A stretch of 64,000 bases of DNA from the NCBI GenBank assembly GCA_963666215.2, contig CAXWPL010000002.1, positions 448,001 through 512,000 on the forward strand, given 5' to 3'. The DNA comes from Acidobacteriota bacterium. GTDB taxonomy: Bacteria > Acidobacteriota > UBA890 > WLXD01. This document shows positions 8,695 to 18,087 of the stretch, piece after piece. Both the position numbers and the translations under genes were made by a program. Every line of letters starts with the position of its first letter. Position 1 is the stretch's first letter. The notes beneath the pieces were generated by a model, which did no database searches, was not told the origin of the DNA, and worked only from the letters and a program-made list of their open reading frames with translations.

Positions 8695-10113
8695 GTGGGT
8701 GCCGTCTCCCTCGAGAGCGCCCTGCGGGGTAATCGGCTGGCGCTGAGCCGCGCGATCTCGTGTGTCGAGGACGGCACCGACGCCGCGCCCGGGCTCATCA
8801 AGGCCGCCTATCCGCACGCCTCGGGCGCCTGGGTGGTAGGGATTACCGGCGGGACGGGGTGCGGCAAGAGCACGCTGGTCGACGCGCTGGTGTCGCACTA
8901 TCGGTCGGCCGGCGATCGCGTAGGCGTGGTGGCGGTTGATCCCACGAGTCCCTTCAGCGGCGGTGCACTGCTCGGAGACCGTGTGCGCATGACTCGCCAC
9001 GGCACCGACCGCGATGTGTTCGTCCGTTCGATGGCCACTCGTGGCGCGTCGGGCGGCCTGGCTGCGACGACGTTCGATGTGGTGACGCTGCTGGCCGCGG
9101 CGGGAATGCAGCGGTTGATCGTCGAGACGGTGGGTGTTGGGCAAGAAGAGATCGACGTCGCCGGCGTGGCGCACACCACGTGTGTCGTGGTGACTCCGGC
9201 GGGGGGTGACGAGGTGCAGGCGATCAAGGCGGGCATCATGGAGATCGCCGACATCGTCGTGCTCAACAAGGCCGACTTGCCAGGTGCCGACCGCGCCCTG
9301 GCGCAGCTGCGCGGCGTGATCTCGCATGCACCCGACAGCAACTGGGTTCCGCCCATCGTGCGTACCCAGGCGGTCGACGGCGAGGGCATCAAAGAGCTCG
9401 CCGACGCCCTCGAGCGCCACCGCGAGTGGTGCGGTGAGGCAGGGCTGCTCGTCCAGAAAAGGCGCACCGTGGCGTCGCTGCGCCTGCGTGCGGTCTTGGC
9501 CGAACGCATCTGGGAGCGAGCCAGAGCGGCACTGGCCGACGACGGTGCAGCCGTAGGCGTGGGCGAGCGCCTCGACAGCGGTGAGATCGATCCGTATTCC
9601 GCGGCCGACGAGCTCTTGGACTCGATCGGACTCGACCGATCGTCACCCGCACCCGTGTCCATGGAGCCTGGCGGCGCTCTCTCAGGCGTTCTGCAGGCCC
9701 GTGAGCTCGACCACGTTGCGATGGCCGTACTCGACGCCGACGCCGCAGTGGCGCGCTACGGCAGGCTGCTAGGCGCCACTGTGGAACATCGCGAGACGGT
9801 CGACGATCAGGGGGTCGAGGTGATCTTCCTGCGAATGCCGGACGCGACGCGGCTCGAGCTCTTGTGCCCGCTGGGAGACGGGACGCCGGTCGGACGCTTC
9901 CTGGCCAAGCGCGGCGAGGGGTTGCATCACATTTGTTTCCGGGTCGACGACCTGCAAGCAGCGCTGACCGGAGCGGAAGCGGCGGGTGTTGCTCTGATCG
10001 ACCACAAGCCTCGCCGTGGTGCCGGCGGCTCGCTGATTGCCTTCGTGCGCCCAAGCGAGCTGGGTGGTGTCCTCGTGGAGCTCAAACAGAAGGCGGCCGC
10101 CCGGCCACGCTGA
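8695..10113 (+). CDS. meaB: MeaB-family GTPase fused to methylmalonyl-CoA epimerase
   Basis: N-part: GxxGxGKSTL, VDPTSPFSGGALLGDRVRM, ETVGVGQ, NKAD; C-part: LDHVAMAV, RLELL, GEGLHHICF, GGVLVEL (VOC epimerase); single uninterrupted ORF. Confidence 0.85.
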   Translation: MGAVSLESALRGNRLALSRAISCVEDGTDAAPGLIKAAYPHASGAWVVGITGGTGCGKSTLVDALVSHYRSAGDRVGVVAVDPTSPFSGGALLGDRVRMTRHGTDRDVFVRSMATRGASGGLAATTFDVVTLLAAAGMQRLIVETVGVGQEEIDVAGVAHTTCVVVTPAGGDEVQAIKAGIMEIADIVVLNKADLPGADRALAQLRGVISHAPDSNWVPPIVRTQAVDGEGIKELADALERHREWCGEAGLLVQKRRTVASLRLRAVLAERIWERARAALADDGAAVGVGERLDSGEIDPYSAADELLDSIGLDRSSPAPVSMEPGGALSGVLQARELDHVAMAVLDADAAVARYGRLLGATVEHRETVDDQGVEVIFLRMPDATRLELLCPLGDGTPVGRFLAKRGEGLHHICFRVDDLQAALTGAEAAGVALIDHKPRRGAGGSLIAFVRPSELGGVLVELKQKAAARPR

Positions 10114-10169
10114 TCGGCAGCGGGCCTGCGCAACGCCGGTGAAAGTTGGCGCCGAACGACCCGTCTAGG

Positions 10170-11212
10170 TGTGTTTTCTAAGTAGGTTGTTCACATCGGG
10201 GCTCACTTCTGAGATCAATGGGGTTGTTCAAAAGACTCCACGACCTCAGAAGGAGCGCCCGATGCAGCTGCATGGTAACGCCCGCACGACGCCGTATATA
10301 CGCCGAGAGATGGTCCGCCGAGTCCGGGAGCGGGCGGAGCCCGTGACGGAAACGGCGGCGGCGCTCGGCGTGTCGGCTCGAACGGTTTACAAGTGGCTGG
10401 ATAGATACGAGCGAGAAGGTGAGGCCGGGCTGCTCGATCGATCAAGCCGGCCGACGTGCTGTCCGCACGCAACAAGCGCTGGAGTTGTGAGGCAGATCGA
10501 CAAGCTACGTCGGCGGCGACTGACGGCCTGGCAGATCAGCCGAAGGTTGGCTGTGCCGCGCTCGACCGTCTCGGCGTGGCTGAAGCGGCTCGGACTCGCC
10601 AAGCTTGATGCGCTCGAGCCCAAGCCCGAGATCGTTCGCTACGAGTACGAGCACCCCGGTGACCTACTGCACCTGGATACGAAGAAACTGGCCCGTATCC
10701 GGCGACCTGGACACCGCATCCACGGCGACCGCTCCAAGCGGGCCTACGGCGTCGGCTGGGAGAACGCCCACGTCGCTATCGACGATCACTCTCGGGTGGC
10801 GTACGTCGAAGTGCTGCCCGCCGAAGACCAACACACCTGCACAGCGTTCCTGCAGCGAGCCGTCGAGCACTTCGCTTCGATGGGAGTAGCGGTGCGCCGA
10901 GTGATGACAGACAACGGGCCTGGCTACGTCTCGAAGCGCTTCAATCGCCTATGCCATCAACTCGAGATCCGGCACATTTACACCCGGCCCTACACCCCCA
11001 GAACCAACGGCAAAGCCGAACGCTTCATCCGCACACTCAAGGAGCAGTGGGCCTACGGCACCTGCTACCAGACCTCAGCTCGACGTACTCGAGCTCTACG
11101 GCCCTGGCTCAACCACTACAATCGTCACCGTCCCCACGCCGGCATCGGCATGACACCGCCGATCGCTCGGCTCTCAGGGGTGAGTTCGTGAACAACCTAC
11201 CTAGAACTCACA
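10170..11212 (+). mobile_element. IS481-family insertion sequence, copy 1 (1043 bp)
   Basis: TGT...ACA ends, 25-bp imperfect TIRs, flanked by an identical 6-bp TCTAGG duplication (10164-10169, 11213-11218), typical NCTAGN target. Confidence 0.95.
10262..11191 (+). CDS. IS481-family transposase (intact)
   Basis: MQLHGNARTTP start after GAAGGAG; LHLDTKKL, IDDHSR, MTDNG, RPYTPRTNGKAERFIRTL (DDE/rve). Confidence 0.95.
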   Translation: MQLHGNARTTPYIRREMVRRVRERAEPVTETAAALGVSARTVYKWLDRYEREGEAGLLDRSSRPTCCPHATSAGVVRQIDKLRRRRLTAWQISRRLAVPRSTVSAWLKRLGLAKLDALEPKPEIVRYEYEHPGDLLHLDTKKLARIRRPGHRIHGDRSKRAYGVGWENAHVAIDDHSRVAYVEVLPAEDQHTCTAFLQRAVEHFASMGVAVRRVMTDNGPGYVSKRFNRLCHQLEIRHIYTRPYTPRTNGKAERFIRTLKEQWAYGTCYQTSARRTRALRPWLNHYNRHRPHAGIGMTPPIARLSGVSS

Positions 11213-12540
11213 TCTAGGGCGACCTGAACGGTTGCCGGCTCTAGCGATTCTCTGCAGAACCGATCGCCTGCTCGGGGGGGGCGTTCGGCGGCCCTGAGCA
11301 ACTGCAGCGATCCGCTGCTATCGGCGACGATCACACCTTCGGGACTCAACCCCGGCCGCAGCTCGAGGCGTCCGTCGGCGCTGATGGTGAAACTGGTGGG
11401 GCTGCCGGGATCGGATGGACTCCGGGCGGCCAGAGGCGCGCGAACAAAGGTCCAATCGCCGTCGACCGGGCTGGCGATGACCCACGGGCCCCAGCTGACG
11501 AGATCTATGTACGAACGCGACTCGATCTTGGCGCGGAACAACTGACTGCCACCCCTGGTGCTGAAGCCGCGGACGATGGCGTCGAGCGCGGAGACCCACA
11601 CCACGTCGCCGATCACTGTCGGCGCCGTAGCCAGCTCGATGCCGAGCCCGTTACTGCTCCAGACGCGGGCCCCATCGATGAGACGTACGGCGTGCAGCCT
11701 CTGGTCGGTGCCGGAGTAGTAAACGCGCTCTCCGTCGATGGCGACGCGCAGCGGCTGCACGTTGGCCGGTCCCTGATCCTGATCCGCGTCGACAGTCCAG
11801 AGCGACCCGCCGTCGAGCGTTCTCAGCGCGTGCAGCCGGCCCGAGGAGGTGGTGACGATGGCGATCGCTCCGTCGGGGCTGATCGAGAGGGCGCTCGCCA
11901 GCGGAATCGCATGTTCCCAGATCGGAGGGCTTGGGTGTGCGGGTTGCGCTGGAGGAGGGGCCACCGCGTCGGCAGCCGCCTGCTCCAGGGCGGCCTCGTC
12001 GGCAGCAACGACCTCCAGCCCGGGCTGGTAAAGCGTCACGCCGAACGTGTTGATCTGCAGCAGGCGCGTGGCGCCGACGATCAGGGCATCGATGGGCGGC
12101 TCGGTGAGCCGAATCAGCGAGTCGACGCGGCCGTCGAAACCGAGAATCTCCCAGCGGTTAGCGACGGCGATTGCCACACCTGACGCCAGTGGGAGGGGCG
12201 GCAGCAGCGGTGGACTCGAGAAGTCAGCGGTCCAGCGCGGGGTTCCGTCGCTCAATCGATAGGTTCGGAGCACCGTCCCATACACGGCGTAGACGTGGTG
12301 TCCGTCAATCCCCGGCGCCAGCGACAGCGGGTCGGGCTCTTCCGGCGACAGCGTCCATTCGGCTCGCAGCACCGCCGGCTCGATCTCATCCGGATCGACG
12401 GCGGTCGGCACAGGGGCGAGGGGATCGTCGAACGCCAGGTTGCCTCCGCAGCCCGACATCGCGCTGGTCAGGAGCGCTGTGCAGCCGATCATGATGGCGC
12501 CGAGCGAGCTCAGTTGTCCCCGGAAAGCTCGCAGCATCAT
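11197..12540 (-). CDS. PQQ-like beta-propeller lipoprotein (BamB-like)
   Basis: Lipobox-like AMSGC; repeated L.A...DG...W blades; ATG 12540 overlaps nadK stop (ATGA); stop codon lies inside the IS481 right end. Confidence 0.7.
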   Translation of the reverse strand: MMLRAFRGQLSSLGAIMIGCTALLTSAMSGCGGNLAFDDPLAPVPTAVDPDEIEPAVLRAEWTLSPEEPDPLSLAPGIDGHHVYAVYGTVLRTYRLSDGTPRWTADFSSPPLLPPLPLASGVAIAVANRWEILGFDGRVDSLIRLTEPPIDALIVGATRLLQINTFGVTLYQPGLEVVAADEAALEQAAADAVAPPPAQPAHPSPPIWEHAIPLASALSISPDGAIAIVTTSSGRLHALRTLDGGSLWTVDADQDQGPANVQPLRVAIDGERVYYSGTDQRLHAVRLIDGARVWSSNGLGIELATAPTVIGDVVWVSALDAIVRGFSTRGGSQLFRAKIESRSYIDLVSWGPWVIASPVDGDWTFVRAPLAARSPSDPGSPTSFTISADGRLELRPGLSPEGVIVADSSGSLQLLRAAERPPRAGDRFCRESLEPATVQVALDVSSR

Positions 12541-13430
12541 GAGTCGCCCCATCGCAACTTCGTGCGCAACATGTCGAAATAGGATCGAGGCACCGGCTGC
12601 AGTAGGTCGAGGTGGTGTGGGCTGCGACGAACGTTGACGTTGTGGCGCGGGCCAATCGGCAGTCCTTCCTGTCCGTCGAGAGTCAGGATCAGATCCTGGT
12701 CGGACGAGGCGAGGGCCAGGTCGATTGAAGCCGAGCCCGGTACGACGAGCGGCCGATTGGTCAGCGTGTGTGGACAGATCGGCGTAACGAGAATCGCGTC
12801 GACGTCGGGCATGACGATCGGGCCGCCGGCCGCCAGCGAGTAGGCGGTTGAACCGGTGGCGCTCGAGACAATCAGGCCGTCGGCGCGGAAGTTCGAGACG
12901 TACTGATTGTCGATATGCGCGCGTAGCTCCACGATGCGCGCCAGATCGGTCTTGTTGATGACCGCGTCGTTGAGCACGTCGCGTACGGTTCGCTGGCCGT
13001 CGGGGGCACGGACCTCGGCGCGAAGCATCAACCGTCGACTGACGGCGTAGTCGCCAGCGAGAATCGACTCCAGAGCACTGCGCAGCTCTTCCTTGGGCGT
13101 CGCGGTAAGAAAGCCCATGCTGCCGAAGTTGACGCCGAAGATCGGCACCTCGGCTACCGCGGCCTCGCGGGCCACCGACAGCAGGGTCCCATCGCCACCG
13201 AGCACGATGACCAGATCGACGGCGGCAGGCAGGTCGGCACGCGTGGTGGTCACGATCCTGTTGTGTCGGTCGTGATGCTCGCCCAGGAGCTCCGCGGCCT
13301 CGGTGCCGCACACGACGTCGTGTCCGGTCTCCTCGAGGTACTCGACCAGATCACCGAGGTCCGCGGCGAGATCGGGGTGCTTGGGCTTGGCAACCAGGCC
13401 GACGGTCTGGAACTTCGGTCGATCGCTCAA
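12537..13430 (-). CDS. nadK: NAD kinase
   Basis: LGGDGTLL, GVNFGSMGFL, LNDAVI, ADGLIVSSATGSTAYSLAAGGP; TTG 13430 overlaps tlyA stop. Confidence 0.95.
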   Translation of the reverse strand: MSDRPKFQTVGLVAKPKHPDLAADLGDLVEYLEETGHDVVCGTEAAELLGEHHDRHNRIVTTTRADLPAAVDLVIVLGGDGTLLSVAREAAVAEVPIFGVNFGSMGFLTATPKEELRSALESILAGDYAVSRRLMLRAEVRAPDGQRTVRDVLNDAVINKTDLARIVELRAHIDNQYVSNFRADGLIVSSATGSTAYSLAAGGPIVMPDVDAILVTPICPHTLTNRPLVVPGSASIDLALASSDQDLILTLDGQEGLPIGPRHNVNVRRSPHHLDLLQPVPRSYFDMLRTKLRWGDS

Positions 13431-14350
13431 GCGGATCCCCTCCGGCTCGACGCTGGCGCCGCCGCTTGTCCGTCTGACACAGCGAGCGGCGCCGGTGGCT
13501 TGGAGGCTGCGAGCGCGCCGCCGATCTCGATCTTGGCCTGGTGATCGTCGGGGATCGCGAGTTCGTCGATGATCTCGTCGGCAGATGCGGATTCCGTCGC
13601 TTCTGAGCGCCGCAGGTGTAGGAAGCACTCCCAGTTGCCGGCCGGTCCACGCAGCGGGCTCGGGGCTGCGGCCACGAGGCTCCATCCCGACTCGGCGGCG
13701 CTCTCGGCGACCCGCTGTAGAACGCTCCGGCGCACGCTTTCTCTCCGTACGACCCCGCCCTTGCCGACCTGCCCCGCACCGGCTTCGAACTGCGGCTTCA
13801 CCAGCAGCAGCATCTCGGCGTCGCTCGCGCCCACCGCGGTAAGTGCGGGCAGCAACTTGGTGGCGCTGATGAACGCCACGTCGACAACGATGAGACTGGG
13901 TCGTTCGGGCGTCGGGAGCATGTCTATCGTCAGGTGGCGCGCGTTGGTGCGCTCGACCACGGCGACACGCTCGTCGTTGCGCAACCGCCAGTCGAGCTGC
14001 CCGTAGCCGACGTCAACGGCAACAACATGTCGAGCACCCGCCTGCAGCAGGCAATCGGTGAAGCCGCCGGTGGAGGCGCCAGCGTCGAGGCACATCCGAC
14101 CACTGGGGTCGACACCGGTGGTCTCGATCGCCCCTGCGAGCTTGTCGCCGCCGCGGCTCACGAATCGTGGCCCTTCGGTAACCGCCGTGGAGTCCTTGGA
14201 TCGAATCAGCATTCCCGCCTTGCTGGCCGGCTCGCCGTTGACGCGAACACGACCGGCGAGAATCAGGCGCCGCGCGAGGCTGCGGCTCGCCACCTGCTCG
14301 CGCTCCAGCAGCGCCTGGTCGAGTCGGCAGCTGACCTTTGCGTCGCTCAC
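13427..14350 (-). CDS. tlyA: TlyA-family rRNA methyltransferase
   Basis: S4 domain RLD..., FVSRGGDKL, LDAGASTGGFTDCLLQ, LVKPQFE, PLRGPAGN. Confidence 0.93.
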   Translation of the reverse strand: MSDAKVSCRLDQALLEREQVASRSLARRLILAGRVRVNGEPASKAGMLIRSKDSTAVTEGPRFVSRGGDKLAGAIETTGVDPSGRMCLDAGASTGGFTDCLLQAGARHVVAVDVGYGQLDWRLRNDERVAVVERTNARHLTIDMLPTPERPSLIVVDVAFISATKLLPALTAVGASDAEMLLLVKPQFEAGAGQVGKGGVVRRESVRRSVLQRVAESAAESGWSLVAAAPSPLRGPAGNWECFLHLRRSEATESASADEIIDELAIPDDHQAKIEIGGALAASKPPAPLAVSDGQAAAPASSRRGSA

Positions 14351-15291
14351 GCGCGGCGCTCGACGATCAGGTTGGCCAGCGCATGTAGGTGTTGTGCGGC
14401 GCCCCCGAACGGCGCGAGAAGCTCCAGGGCCTGGTCGCGCAGGTCTTCCGCCTCGCGTCGCGCCCCGTCGAGGCCCAGGTGGGTTACGAATGTTGGTTGG
14501 TCGCGCCCGCTGTCGCTTCCCGGCGGTTTGCCGAGCTCTTCGAGCGTGCCCTCGACGTCGAGAAGGTCGTCCACCACCTGGAACGCGAGACCGACGGTAC
14601 GGCCGAAGCCGGCCAGGCGAGCCGTGGCGTCCGCATCGGCGCCGGCCAGCAGGGCGCCGGCCTCGGTCGAAGCGGCGAGCAGGGCGCCCGTCTTGGCGGC
14701 GTGCACCGACCGCAAATCTTCAAACTCGAGTGCCCGGCCGCTGGCCTCGATATCGAGACACTGGCCGCCGCACATGCCGATGCTGCCCGCCGCCCGCGCG
14801 ATCGCGGCGCTTGCCGCGAGCCAACGCCGCGGGTGTTCGAGCGCCGCGGCCGCGCACGTGAGTTGCTCGAATGCCAGTGTCTGCAGTGCATCGCCGGCGA
14901 GGATCGCGACGGCGTCGCCGAAGAGCTTGTGGCAGGTGGGTCGGCCGCGGCGCAGATCGTCGTCGTCGAACGCCGGCAGGTCGTCGTGGATCAGCGAGTA
15001 CGTGTGGATGAGCTCGAGCGCCGCTGCCGCCGGCAACAGCGGTTCCAGATCGTCCTCGAATATCTCGGCGGTTGCCAGCAGTAGCAGGGGGCGAATGCGC
15101 TTACCGCCGGCGAAAACGGAGTGACGCATGGCGCTATGGAGCGTCGCCGGCTCCGAGGCCGCTGGCGGCAGGGCGCGATCGAGCCAGCCGTCGACAGCTT
15201 CGCGAGCGTGCTGCGCGAATTCGTCGAGAGAAGCTCGATCGGCCGACAGTGTCGTCACCGCCCCGCGGGTGTCGCGATCGACTTCGTCCAT
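14347..15291 (-). CDS. ispA: polyprenyl (farnesyl) diphosphate synthase
   Basis: GGKRIRP, HTYSLIHDDLPAFDDDDLRRG, FQVVDDLLD. Confidence 0.93.
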   Translation of the reverse strand: MDEVDRDTRGAVTTLSADRASLDEFAQHAREAVDGWLDRALPPAASEPATLHSAMRHSVFAGGKRIRPLLLLATAEIFEDDLEPLLPAAAALELIHTYSLIHDDLPAFDDDDLRRGRPTCHKLFGDAVAILAGDALQTLAFEQLTCAAAALEHPRRWLAASAAIARAAGSIGMCGGQCLDIEASGRALEFEDLRSVHAAKTGALLAASTEAGALLAGADADATARLAGFGRTVGLAFQVVDDLLDVEGTLEELGKPPGSDSGRDQPTFVTHLGLDGARREAEDLRDQALELLAPFGGAAQHLHALANLIVERRA

Positions 15292-15311
15292 GGCCTGCCA
15301 GCCGCTAGCCG

Positions 15312-15608
15312 CTAACCATCGCTAGCGACGAGATCGGGCTCCGGCAGAGGCTCGACGATCGGTGTGCCGTCGAGGTCGCGGGTGAGATGCTCGAGCCGCT
15401 GCTCGACATCAGAGAGTCGGCCGCGGCAATGCGTGAACAGACCCACAGCGCGCTCGTAGAGCTCGAGGGCCCGTTCGAGTGGCAGATCGCCTTCCTCGAG
15501 TCGCTCGGCGAGTCCTTCGAGCTGCAGCAGCGCCTCGTCGAAGGCCAGCTCATCGGGCTCGTCGGCGTCGCTGGTCTCTTTCAGCAGATCGGGTTGGCGG
15601 TCGGGCAC
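15312..15608 (-). CDS. xseB: exodeoxyribonuclease VII small subunit
   Basis: FDEALLQLE...LEEGDLPLERALELYE motif; position between xseA and ispA. Confidence 0.9.
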   Translation of the reverse strand: MPDRQPDLLKETSDADEPDELAFDEALLQLEGLAERLEEGDLPLERALELYERAVGLFTHCRGRLSDVEQRLEHLTRDLDGTPIVEPLPEPDLVASDG

Positions 15609-15713
15609 AGCGGCTAGCTCCGTGGACGGGTGTGGATGGGAAGGGGATGCTACAACGGGCCGCTGAGAGCAACAATTTGCCTGTCGCTCTCGTGGCCGTA
15701 CAAGTGCGGCTGG

Positions 15714-17183
15714 CTACGTATTCGAGCCCGGTAGCGAAGTGGTGGCTTCAGCGACCGGCTCATGATCGATCACCCTGCAGGGCAACGTCCCTCGGTACAG
15801 TCGCACGTCTACGCGCTCGCCGGCGCTGACGGTGGCCGAATCACGTAGGATTCGCCCGGTGGAGCGGCTGCGACAGATGGAATAGCCGCGTCCGAGCACG
15901 GCCAGTGGGCTCAGCGCGTTGACCCGCGCGGCGAGCCCGGCGAGACTCTCCCGCGCCCGGTGCTGGTTGGCTCGGACGGCACGCTCAACCCGCACGACGT
16001 CGGCCTCCAGTCGCCGGGCGTAACGTCGCGCCAGCGCGGCGGGGGCGTGCTGGCGAGCGATGGCCGCGACATCTGTTAGCCGTCGTTGGCGATCGCCGAC
16101 CAAGCGGGCGACGGCGGCGTCGACCCGTGCGGCGGCCGCTTCGGTGCGCGTTCGCAGCCGTGCCCAGCGGCGGTCGGGCGGCTGCACAGCGGCGATCACC
16201 GACGGTGCGCGAAGCCGCACCCTGGCGGCATCGATGCGTCGCCGCCCGCTGGCACGCACCCGGCGGCCGAGGGCTTCGAGCCGGTTCGCCAACTCGATGC
16301 CGCTCGGCGCGACAATCTCGGCGGCCGCCGTGGGGGTTGCCGCGCGGCGATCGGCGACGAGATCGGCGATCGTGATGTCGGTTTCGTGGCCGACCGCACT
16401 GATCACCGGCACGCCGCAGGCGGCGATGGCACGAGCGACGACCTCCTCGTTGAACGCCCAGAGCTCCTCGCGTGATCCGCCGCCGCGCGCCAGCACGATC
16501 AGCTCGACGCCTGCGGTCGACTCGAGCAGCTCGAGCGCCGTGACGATCTGCGCCCCAGCATGCTCTCCCTGCACGGCGGCCGGGCTGAGCACCACCGACA
16601 ACCCGACACGGCGTCGGCGCCAGGTACGCACCATGTCGCGCCAAGCGGCCCCGGACGGGGAGGTGACAACGCCGATCCGACGCGGCAGCTTCGGCAGGTC
16701 ACGCTTGCGCTCGGGCGCGAACAGGCCATCCGCCTCGAGTCGTGCCTTGAGTTGCTCGAAGGCCAGCTGCAACGAGCCGGCTCCAACGGGTTCGATTAGC
16801 TCGGCGATCAGCTGGAACTTGCCGCGTGGCTCATACAACGTGAGGCGGCCGCAGACGATGATCTCGAGTCCGTTCTCGGGCTCGAACGGCACCGCACGGT
16901 TCGCCGAGCGGAACATCGCCGCCGGCAGCACGCCATCATCATCCTTGAGACTGAAGTACCAGTGGCCGCTGCGGTGTTGCTTGAGATCGGAGATCTCGCC
17001 CTGCACCCACAGCAGCGGATACGCCAGCTCGAGGCCTTGGCGAACGTCGGAGAGCAGCTCGCCTACGGGCCAGATCCTACGGGCGGGGCGGCGAGGTCTG
17101 TCGCGCGAAGGCACCGCGGGCCCCGAGGTTCCCGAGATTCCCGCGAGCCGCAAGCTCGGGTCTATGCCGCCATCGCGAGGCAC
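15714..17183 (-). CDS. xseA: exodeoxyribonuclease VII large subunit
   Basis: WVQGEISD, SGHWYFSLKD, IGVVTSPSGAA, RGGGSREEL, SAVGHETD, TPTAAAE; start (GTG 17183) uncertain. Confidence 0.93.
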   Translation of the reverse strand: MPRDGGIDPSLRLAGISGTSGPAVPSRDRPRRPARRIWPVGELLSDVRQGLELAYPLLWVQGEISDLKQHRSGHWYFSLKDDDGVLPAAMFRSANRAVPFEPENGLEIIVCGRLTLYEPRGKFQLIAELIEPVGAGSLQLAFEQLKARLEADGLFAPERKRDLPKLPRRIGVVTSPSGAAWRDMVRTWRRRRVGLSVVLSPAAVQGEHAGAQIVTALELLESTAGVELIVLARGGGSREELWAFNEEVVARAIAACGVPVISAVGHETDITIADLVADRRAATPTAAAEIVAPSGIELANRLEALGRRVRASGRRRIDAARVRLRAPSVIAAVQPPDRRWARLRTRTEAAAARVDAAVARLVGDRQRRLTDVAAIARQHAPAALARRYARRLEADVVRVERAVRANQHRARESLAGLAARVNALSPLAVLGRGYSICRSRSTGRILRDSATVSAGERVDVRLYRGTLPCRVIDHEPVAEATTSLPGSNT

Positions 17184-17187
17184 GTGA

Positions 17188-18087
17188 CTACAACTCCGGT
17201 GCGTGCAGTGGGCCTGGGGGATCGAGAATTGACTCGATGCCGGTGGCGCGACCCGTTTCAGGGTCGATCTCGACAAGCGCGCCGGCGAGCCGCACGTTGC
17301 CGCCACCCACCTGGAATCGCACCGGCCGCGCGGTGAGCATGCGCTCGAGCGCCAGGTCGGGCCGTGTGCCGATGATCGAGTCGTAGGGACCGCTCATGCC
17401 GACGTCGGTGCAGTACGCCGTGCCGCCGGGCAGTAGGCGGGCGTCGGCAGTGGGGACGTGGGTGTGGGTGCCGAGCACCGCCGAGACTCTACCGTCGGCG
17501 TGCCAACCCATGGCCAACTTTTCCGACGTGGCTTCGGCGTGCATGTCGACGAGGATGACCTGAGCGCGGTCGCCGATCTCCTCCAGCGCCCGTTCGAGAC
17601 CGGTGAATGGGCAGTCGATCGGCTGCATGAACACGCGCCCCTGGAGATTGATCACCGCCACAGGAACGCCACGGCGACTGCGGCCGATGAAGACACCGGA
17701 TCCTGGTGGTCCGAAGGCGCCGCTGTTTGCTGGCGGGGTAGGGAAGTTGTCGGGCCGGAGCAGCCGCGGCTCCTTGTGGAGGTAGTCGACGATTGCTTGC
17801 TTGGCCCATACGTGATTACCCGTGGTGAGCACATCCACACCGCAGGCGAACAGCTGGTCGGCGATTTCCGGGGTGACTCCGCGGCCGCCGGCGGCGTTCT
17901 CGCAGTTGACCACGGTGAAATCGGCCCGCGTGCGTCGCTGCAGTCCGGCAAGGCGCTCGACCATGTGCCGCTGGCCTGCTTTGCCGACGATGTCTCCCAG
18001 AAAGAGAAGGCGCAGAGTTGAGGGCGCTCTCTCTTCCGCTGGGCTCGCGCCTGAGGAACCGGCTTCACCCTCTTCGTGTTCAGTCAA
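17188..18087 (-). CDS. ymdB: YmdB/TIGR00282-type metallophosphoesterase
   Basis: [44 protein letters not shown]; follows rny. Confidence 0.92.
   Translation of the reverse strand: MTEHEEGEAGSSGASPAEERAPSTLRLLFLGDIVGKAGQRHMVERLAGLQRRTRADFTVVNCENAAGGRGVTPEIADQLFACGVDVLTTGNHVWAKQAIVDYLHKEPRLLRPDNFPTPPANSGAFGPPGSGVFIGRSRRGVPVAVINLQGRVFMQPIDCPFTGLERALEEIGDRAQVILVDMHAEATSEKLAMGWHADGRVSAVLGTHTHVPTADARLLPGGTAYCTDVGMSGPYDSIIGTRPDLALERMLTARPVRFQVGGGNVRLAGALVEIDPETGRATGIESILDPPGPLHAPEL

Noticed and set aside
11197-13311. 704-aa ORF as a single protein
   Set aside because: Its first ~255 codons are an alternative frame over nadK; the credible gene starts at 12540
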